This document shows, piece after piece, positions 56,180 to 64,000 of a stretch of DNA of 64,000 nucleotides. How positions within the stretch are numbered: position 1 is the stretch's first letter; the number at the start of each line of letters is the position of its first letter. Source of the stretch: Takakia lepidozioides. Its lineage: Eukaryota; Plantae; Bryophyta. The DNA is taken from the NCBI GenBank assembly GCA_030704615.1, contig CM060734.1, positions 63,823,426 to 63,887,425 on the forward strand, read 5' to 3'. The position numbers and the translations under genes are program-made. A model generated the notes under the pieces. It was not told where the DNA came from and made no database searches. It saw only the letters and a list, made by a program, of their open reading frames with translations.

Positions 56180-59100
56180 TCATCAATAAGGTACTTGCTT
56201 CTGTATACATTTCATCCTCTTATGAACGTAGTTCCTACTTGGACAGCCTATAGGGTTGTATAAAACAGGACTTTGGAACCTTCCAACCCGGGTGCTTTGT
56301 TATTGGTCTATCAAGGTCTGATTTGAAATGTTTTCATTGCATTTTGCAGGTGAACTCATCATGGAAGAAGAGTTGGAAGTAAAAGTCCTGCTTGTTGGAG
56401 GAGATGCATCACCAAACAGGCTTGGTTCTATGTTCACTATGCAAGGTGTCACATACAAATGCATCCGAGCAGAAATTATAGGTGATGAGCTTGTCTCAGC
56501 AAAATTTCATTTCCTTTCCATGGGGGTAGTGTCCTTTCATTTCAGCCAAGCAAGAAGAGAGGATGGTTCTGAAAGGGGATATTGTACACATTAAGATTTC
56601 AGACCAAAATGATGGGGACCAAGGATTGAAAAGACCTCTATCTTCCAGTGGTTCTACGATCTTGCATGAGGACAGACCAGACGAGGACCCGACCCAGTGT
56701 CTACCAAGATGAGGATGGACCCTGATACACCTTTGCTGGCGATGGTGGAAATGAAGACCATGCACATGAGCATGCACTTCAGCAGAGATATGGTAGATTG
56801 TGCAGCACGTTGGCTACATCCAACGATATTCAAAAATGGCAGAAAGAGATTAGAGCCGTTGAAAGGAAAATCTCTGCAGAAGGACGATGTGACAAGTTTG
56901 AGCTGATGACAAAGGATCAACAAGGACAAGCAATGTTCCACATATGGTGTGTTGAGTGTGAGGATGTTTATGCACGGTCTGGGAAAAACAAACCATATGA
57001 TGCATGTGTAAACTTTATGAGATCTCATTTGAGGAGTGAGGGGCATCGCATAGCCTATGAGAGGCGTCATGGGAAGGGTTCATCACAATGTGTCATCAGC
57101 CTGTAAATGCAGATGAAGCATTAGACGCAAAGAAAAACAGGGTGAAGGAGGCATTAGAGGAAGTCGCTCGGTTTTGTGAGGACAATCCTGGAAACAGATT
57201 TGAGATTGTGGAAGCCACAATTGGAGACTATTCGCAGTTGGGTTCCATAAGGATTAGGTGCCCACTGGATTCGAAGTGGCTACTCTTGTTTCCAAGGACA
57301 GGTTCTTTGCAATCTTCTTTGACAGAGCATGTGAAAGGAAAAACTCATGTCGATGCAGAGATTTGCCAAAAGGTTGGAAGTAGTGAAGGACCTTGCAAAA
57401 AGAGAGGAAGGCCTCCAAAGCCTATGATTGCCAAAGATGTAAAGCAACGGGATCTAAGCTCTTTCTTGGTCAGTCAACCTGTGTTGCCGTCCCCACCACT
57501 TGACAATCCAATTGTGGCATCAACAATGGGAGCATCCTCGTCACAAACTCCATACGCTTGTGTTGACGCTGCCCAACGGGGAGATCTGATTGAGGATTGA
57601 CAATTACAGCAAAGGTCCCAATGCAACAAAGGAAGAGACAGTTTGTGTTGGGGCCTATGGGATGAATGGTGGGAGTACAACCAGCAGAGAATAAGTCTGA
57701 AACCATTCCCTTGGAATGTGATATCAAAAGAGAAGATCGACAGAATTGGGCAGCAGCTCAACGACTGGCATCTCGGAAGGTGCAAGCTTGTTTGAGGGAG
57801 TTACAATCAACTGTGAATCATCGAAGAGAGAGGACCAAAGGTACTGAAATTTACCTATACATCATTTCATGCTACATCGACATTTTTTTGTCTCCTCACA
57901 TGTCATTTTGTGAGAGGGTACAATCTGCTGCGAAGGTATCATTTTTTTTTCAGATTGTGGAAGTTGTGGCTATTCCAGCACGAGGTGTATAATCTGAAAT
58001 CCTTCTTCATTAGCAGGGAAGCATACTTGGATTTACAAATTTCATGCCACTACGTGGTTCTACTTATCAAATTGTTCAAGGATAAGTTTAATCATGTGCA
58101 AGTTCCTTTGAGCCTTGTTGGTTCAGATGTGTGTGAAATATTCTTCAGCAAAGTGGGAGGTATGTCACGGAATGGGAGGACATATGACGGGTGTGATTTG
58201 ATTGAGAGGCGGGAGCATTAACACGCATATCCGAGTTCGAGGCGAATCCAAAAGGACCCAAGTTCTCAAGAGCTCACAAGAAACAAGAACACATATGGTC
58301 TTCTTTGAGGAAGAAGCCAGGTATCCCCCGTGCTGATTTGTCCGACTTTCTACAGTCCAATCGGATGATTGCATTGTGGAGGCTTTGAAAACTGGATTTA
58401 TAGAAGCGCAACTTTTATGCCATAAACTTGGGATGAAACCAAACAAAGCAACAAACTTGGATTGGTGGAATGAGCCATGGACAATTGAGAGACAAATGGA
58501 GGTCGAGCTATTCAAAAGCATGGAAGAGGAGGGTGATGATGTCAATGCCATAGATTCTATTTGTCCTTAATGCAGACACACATATTCAAAATGAGGTCAT
58601 GGAAGATGAATTGGTGTGCGGGCCTTCGAATTCAATGGAGGATGTTTTGAGCCAACCTTTGGATGATCATGCAGAAGAGGTACTTGTTCAAAGTGAATTG
58701 AGACATACTCTGGATGCTGTCATTGATGAGTTTGAACAAGAGAAAGATGGATCGAAGGCAGTGGTTCCATTTGTTGCAGAAAAGTAGACGGGAAGACCAT
58801 ATTCAAAAGCACTTTGGTTAGCCAACTCAATGGCAACCCTACTCTATCCAAGGATAGATTGACACGAGTAAGAAGTGCATCGATGTTGTTTTGCCGAGAA
58901 AACAAACCAACTACCAGCAACAAAGCCACGAGCTTGGGATTGGGTTCGGATTGTGCTGTATTTTTTGTTGATGGGGGAGACTGCGATCCAAACTACAAAC
59001 AGGAAAGGTAGACCAGGGAAAACATGCAGAGGAGCAACCAAAGGCACTTGGTATTTGGGCAGGGTTCAAAGAATGCGGAAGAAAATCAATAAAGCGGTTT

Positions 59101-59636
59101 GTAGAATGTAGGGATTCTGTTGATTTATTGGAGCGTCCTTCTCATATGGAGATTGGGTTAGCATGGTACCAAAAAATTCGAGGAGGGGTCTATACGTACG
59201 ATTTGATGGATAACATGATGGTTGATTTGGATTCCATTATCGATCGCGTTATGTTTAAAGTACAATGTCAGTCAAACACATATGTTCTTGATGCAAATGA
59301 CCGAAAAGTCTTTGACAACTTTATCAAAGGCAAATAATTTTTTAATTAATTTGTTAGATTTTATTATGTTTTAAATGAATAAATTCGATATAATATAAAA
59401 ACATACATATACATATTGGAGGGTTATTTTAATGATGAAAAATGAGAATATACATACAGCGGGGTACTTTTCAAAAATTGTAAATTTTTGTATATTTACA
59501 GGAGGGGATTTTATAATCTTCAAAAAGTATGTACAGAGGGGGTATAAATTATCCAAGGACCCGTATACAGGGGGTTTTTTTATTAGGCGACGAATGCACG
59601 TGATACGCACAGTTTATAAAGAGTGTACCCCCCGGG
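56180..59636 (+). mobile_element. P-superfamily DNA transposon, copy 2; transposase 56361-59337, lacking the catalytic core
   Basis: Reverse complement of copy 1. Retains 57216-57639 (CPLD...H...H finger, KKRGRPPK AT-hook), which copy 1 lacks, but lacks ~48670-50108. Ends GAGTGTACCCCCCGGG inside the host RT. Confidence 0.72.
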
Positions 59637-62011
59637 GGTATTTGAGTGCTTGAGAGCGCACGGATTGAAATTGCATCCGGGGAAGTGCAAGTTCTTCCAC
59701 AACCAGATTGAGTATCTGGGCCACATGATATATCCTTGAGGATGGGGGGTGCAGCAGACTAAGGTAGAGGCCATTGCACAGATTCCATGCCCCACGGATG
59801 TGAGCCGAGTTTGAGCTTTCATGGGGTTAGCAATCTATTATAGACGGTTTGTTAAGGGATTTAGTGCCATTGCAAAGGCTCTAACCAAGCTGACCAAGAT
59901 GGACCAGGAGTGGCAGTGGGAAGATGAGCAGGAACGAGCTTTTCAGAGCAGCACTCAAGGCGAGTTGACTCCGGCGCCCATCTTCGAGACGACCTATCAG
60001 GGGGCGTCCTTTTTAGCTGCATACAGATTGGAGCATGCTGGGGCTTGGAGCGGTGCTCACACAGGTGGATGATGAGGGAAGAGAGTTCGTAGTAGCTTAT
60101 GCTAGCCGCTCAAACAACGCTGCAGAGTCTAAGTATAGCTCATATGAGGGAGAATGCTTAGCTACAGTGTGGGCCGTGGCACACTTCAGGTGCTATCTAT
60201 ACGGCAATCTCTTCACCCTTGTCACGGATCACCAACCACTCAAGTGCTTGATGGAGTCAGACAAGCTTATGGGGAAGCTTGCACAGTGGGCACTCATACC
60301 CCGGGAGTATGACTTTCAGGTTGTGCATCGACCGGGTTTGGTCAATCGGGATGCGGATGGATTGAATCGCAATCCATGCACGAGCCAACAGGATGACACC
60401 GGAGCTCGGTGGCATGGTGAGACGGACAAGGAGATGGTGCTGGGATGACACGCATCTGCATTTTTGTGTATCTTGGCATCGGGAGGTCAGGTTGGACCTA
60501 CAACAGGGATGACTGTAGATAGAGTGTCTGAGGACCCTGAGGCTAGTGATGAGCCAGGTGGTGCTAGAGATATACATGAGGATTCGGCTGTGTTGGGCTA
60601 CCTCCGCACGGGAGACACGGCAGCCACTGTGACTGCCAAGGAGAGGGATCGGATCCTGCAACGAGCCAAGAGGTTCAAGTGGGAGGGGATACACCTACTT
60701 CGAGTGTGGGAGGATGGTCGGGTGAGGATTGTGCCTCACCCCACACAATGTGCACGGTTAGTGCGGCATGCCCATGAGGAGTTGGGGCATTTTGGAGTGC
60801 GACGCACTCACAGTTTACTGCAGGGGTAGTATTGGTGGCGTGGTATGCATACAGAGGTGCAACAGTTCGTGGCTAGGTGCATGGTGTGTGACAGGGTGCA
60901 TGCTTCATTCAACCCCTACACCACAGTTGCATCCTTTTCCAATCATGGGATTGGGCTACAGATGGAGTCTTGACTTCGCAAGACCGTTGCCACTGACTAT
61001 ACGCCACCACAGATATGTGTTGGTGATGGTGGAGCACTTCTCCAAGTGGATTGAGTTGGTTCCATTGCCTGACAAGGCTAGTGAGGGGGCTGCGTATGCA
61101 TTCCTGGATCGTGTGCTTAGCCGATTTGGTGCTCCAGCTGAGGTACTCACGGACCAAGGGAGAGAGTTCTTGGGGGAGTTTCAGGCTTTGTGTGATAAAG
61201 CCTTGATAGACCACCGCACCACTTCTCGGGATCATCCCGAGGCCGATGGCTTAGCAGAGAGAGTTGTTCAGACGGTGAAGAGGGGTTTGCGCAAGTATGG
61301 CTTGCAGAAGGGACACCTAGGAGATTGGGATCTTCAGGTTCCTTGGTTAGCCATGGGCTACAGGTTCAGCAAACAAGCATCACTTGCCTCCTTCTCACCA
61401 TATTTCCTTCTCTTTGGCCGAGAGCCGGATTTGCCTACAGCCATTCGTAGGGACACTGCTCAAGTCCTTAACCTTGACGATCCGGACATGTGGGTACGTG
61501 CATGTGATCAGCGTGCAGAGTTGTTCAAGAAAGACATTCCCATGGCTTTTGAGAACCTTGCCATTGCACAGCACCGTGATACGTTGAGGTATGCCACTAT
61601 ACGTGGTGGAGGATATCGTCCTGGGGTTTGGAGGTTTAGCCCTGGTGACTATGTTTATTTGCAGCAGATTGCTCCTACGACCCTGGATGTCACTGCAGGG
61701 CATGTTATTCTGAGGGTTTGAGAGGTGTTGCTCTCAGGGGTCCTGATCTTGGAGGGTCGGGATGACATGACTTGGAAGGACCATGTGCGTAATTGTGCGC
61801 CATGTCACCTTCCCAATGTTGATGGCAGAGTTGACCCAAACTTGGCAGTGGTACCTGCAGGTTTGAGGTGCATGCTCTGTGGGTCTGCCAAAGGGGCAGC
61901 CACCATGCTGGTGTGTGATCGATGCTCAAGAGGTTGCATATGGGATGCTTGACACCACCTCTTGAGAGGGTTCCTGATGGAGATTGGTTGTGTCCACACT
62001 GCTTGGGATAG
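59637..62011 (+). pseudogene. RT C-terminus, RNase H, DDE integrase and C-terminal PHD finger of the outer element
   Basis: GLKLHPGKCKFF, YYRRFVKGFSAIAKAL, AYASRS, HEELGHFG...CMVC, RWSLDF, LTDQGREF, HPEADGLAERVVQTVK, and CMLC...CDRC..HMGC...DWLCPHC (with a frameshift). Confidence 0.93.
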
Positions 62012-62260
62012 TGGCAGTGGACATGACTGGAGGCAACTAACAAGACATGGGAGGCCAAGCTCATAGGAGTCAATACATGAGATCCCAAGCTCAAGTTCAC
62101 CGGTTGCAAGACGGCGACTAACGATGGGGCAACTCTTGCACCCGGCCTCTTGATCTATCGAGTTTGAGTGTAGTAGGGATAGTGGTGGAGGACTTAGTGA
62201 GGCTATGGTCACTATCACATCTTATGGCTACCTAGACTTAGAGGGACCTAAGCACCAGCT

Positions 62261-62270
62261 AGGGGGGCGA
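62261..62270 (+). other. Polypurine tract
   Basis: AGGGGGGCGA, 1 nt before the TG that starts repeat B1. Confidence 0.75.
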
Positions 62271-62271
62271 T

Positions 62272-62957
62272 TGTGTGGACTAGTGACTGCCATAGTAGGC
62301 AGCATAGTGGCAGCCTAATGACTGACTAGTTGTAGCCTAGTGGCTGGACTAGTGGTGGACTAGTGATATACTAGTGTGTGGCGTGCACATGTGTTGTGTG
62401 GTTTTGGACAACGATGTAGTTGTGTAGCGATATGTATGCGCACGACAGCTGTCAAGTTATTTTACCACTAGTGTGAAACTAGCTAGGAAATAGCTAGCTT
62501 TTACATATTGACATTTGGGATTGGCCCAAGTGTCAATCAAGGGGTCAAGGCAGATTTAGGCCCTGGAGTTGTTATCTTCACGGCAAGCGCGAGAGGCTCA
62601 TCTTTCTCGAGTTGAGCCTCACCGCGCCTAGCTATGGCGCCGTAGTGTGGATTCCCCATGGCGTGGGGTGCACTTGGTTTGACTTGTATTTGAGTGATGA
62701 GGGTATATATGCATGAGTTTATGCTTCAGCTTTGTGAGCTCTCATGAGCTTGTGCTTGTATGTCTTCTTCTTCTTTATCATTGTGTGGACTAGTGACTGC
62801 CATAGTGGGCAGCATAGTGGTAGCCTAGTGACTGACTAGTTGTAGCCTAGTGGTTGGACTAGTGGTGGACTAGTGATATACTAGTGTGTGGCGTGCACAT
62901 GTGTTGTGTGGTTTTGGACAGCGATGTAGTTGTGTAGCGATATGTATGCGCACGACA
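62272..62957 (+). repeat. Right terminal repeats B1 (62272-62447), gc, A2 (62450-62780), t, B2 (62782-62957)
   Basis: B1 and B2 are 176-bp near-identical copies (TGTGTGGAC...CACGACA); A2 matches A1; the B1/A2 junction is the palindrome GACAGCTGTC. Confidence 0.93.
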
Positions 62958-62961
62958 CTGA

Positions 62962-64000
62962 ATTCAACATTAAAACTTAAGGTCGATTTCAATAAGAGGG
63001 AAAAACAGGGTGAAATGTTTTGAAGAAGGTGCCTTCATTAGCGGTGCCTGATTTTATCAATTGTGCCGCTGTTGCTGCTGATAGCAACACATAAGTCGCG
63101 GCATCTTGTTCATCCCACTTGAGAATAGATGTTGCAACACGTTCAACCATCTCCACATCGACATGGATTCTGCAGGGGCCAAGCAAGGCCCTCCAAACCA
63201 TGGCATTTGGTTTCATTGGCATTTTGTTAATGAGCTCCTCTGCCTCATCCAATTGCCCCATGTGTCCAAGAAGGTCCACCATGTAACCAAAGTGCTTTAC
63301 TGTCGGAGAGACACCATGATCTTGACTCAGGGAATCAAAGTGACCTCTTCCTTCATCCAGTAGGCCAGTGTGGCTGCATGCAGAGAGAACACATATAAAG
63401 GTGATATTGTCCGGCTTCAAGCCTTCCGTTTGCATTCCTTCAAATAGTTGCAGGGCTTCCCTATGACGACCATGGTGGGCATATCCTGCAATCATAGCAT
63501 TCTAGGACGCCACATCTTGTTAGGCCATATTGTTGAACATCCCCTTTGCATCCTCCATGCTCCCACATTTGGCATGCATGTCCACGAGGGCATTGTTCAG
63601 AGTGACATTTGGTACAATACAAGCTCTGACGATGTCACCATGGACCTCTTTGCCCTTTTCCAAGGCTGCCAGACTTGCATATGCATTGCAAACACAAACA
63701 AACGTGATATGGTTGGGGCTTCACCTCTTCCTCCATCATTTGCTCATATGTTTGCAAAGCCTCAGTCTCGCGCCCCTGCTGTGCATATCCTACAATCACG
63801 ACACCACATCACGTTCAGCCATAATGTTGAACTTACACTCCCTTTGAATATTCAATGCTCCCACATTGGGCATTTGGGCATATAGGTCCACCAGGGTAGT
63901 GTTCAGAATGACGTCTGGTACTATTTCAGCTTTGACGATATCACTATGGACCTCTTTGCCCTTTTCCAAGGCTTCTAGGCTCGCACACGCAAACGCAAAC
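62962..64000 (-). pseudogene. PLS-class PPR pseudogene with E domain (right part of the interrupted locus); runs off the right edge
   Basis: MIAGYAHHG...ITFICVLSACSHTGLLDEG...VWRALLGPCRIH...ATYVLLS, then the linker AAQLIKSGTANEGTFF. TAG replaces the expected TGG near 63502. Confidence 0.88.

Larger units (their letters stand above)
45697..60770. repeat. Large inverted duplication: left arm 45697-53176, right arm 54161-60770
   Basis: The arms are reverse complements covering RNase H, the P-like element and PPR/LINE fragments. 53177-53830 is a noisy direct copy of ~51890-52520. Confidence 0.92.
10451..62957 (+). mobile_element. Ty3/gypsy retrotransposon with split/permuted LTRs encoding a C5 DNA methyltransferase and an integrase-PHD; host of four nested insertions
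   Basis: Ends TGTC...GACA. Flanks CAGA (10447-10450) and CTGA (62958-62961); a paralogous empty site AACTTGCAGAATTCAACAT on the minus strand near 23847-23865 supports a 4-bp TSD. Repeats are ordered A1...B1 A2 B2. Gag, protease, methyltransferase, RNase H, integrase and PHD occur in order on the plus strand. Confidence 0.88.

Noticed and set aside
46745-59636. A single 12.9-kb transposon with giant TIRs
   Set aside because: The inversion extends about 1 kb into host RNase H sequence on both sides, and both ends are the same (3') terminus.
62450-62957. Reading A2+B2 as a conventional 3' LTR with a truncated 5' LTR
   Set aside because: The PPT precedes B1 rather than A2, the PBS directly follows A1, and the extra B1 copy would be unexplained.
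10451-62957. DIRS/PAT tyrosine-recombinase element, suggested by the split repeats and a methyltransferase
   Set aside because: No tyrosine recombinase is visible. A protease and DDE integrase are present, a TSD exists, and the methyltransferase is C5-type (PCQ/ENV) rather than the adenine type found in DIRS.

Overview
Nuclear DNA of a land plant; abundant PLS-class PPR remnants suggest a non-seed plant, which is inference. The first ~5.2 kb hold a decayed, intron-containing MCM3 copy on the minus strand. Small insertions follow: a 109-bp retroposon tail with an 11-bp TSD and an 848-bp non-autonomous CACTA element. A minus-strand PPR pseudogene locus is then split by one 52.5-kb nested insertion (10451-62957, 4-bp TSD CAGA/CTGA). 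The outer element is an unusual Ty3/gypsy retrotransposon: gag, protease, C5 cytosine DNA methyltransferase, RT/RNase H, DDE integrase and PHD finger. Its repeats are permuted (A1-internal-B1-gc-A2-t-B2). The PPT and a self-complementary PBS define the LTR as B+A, but the integration ends (TGTC...GACA) come from a palindromic GACA-GC-TGTC site inside that LTR. Nested in it are a 13.4-kb CACTA element (TnpD plus a divergent ORF with an FCP1/NIF phosphatase domain), a 12.6-kb Athila/Phygy-like gypsy element with an extra 3' ORF, and a 2.15-kb TG...CA element that splits the methyltransferase. A P-superfamily transposase element is present as a large inverted duplication with reciprocal deletions. 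All ORFs examined carry stops or frameshifts.
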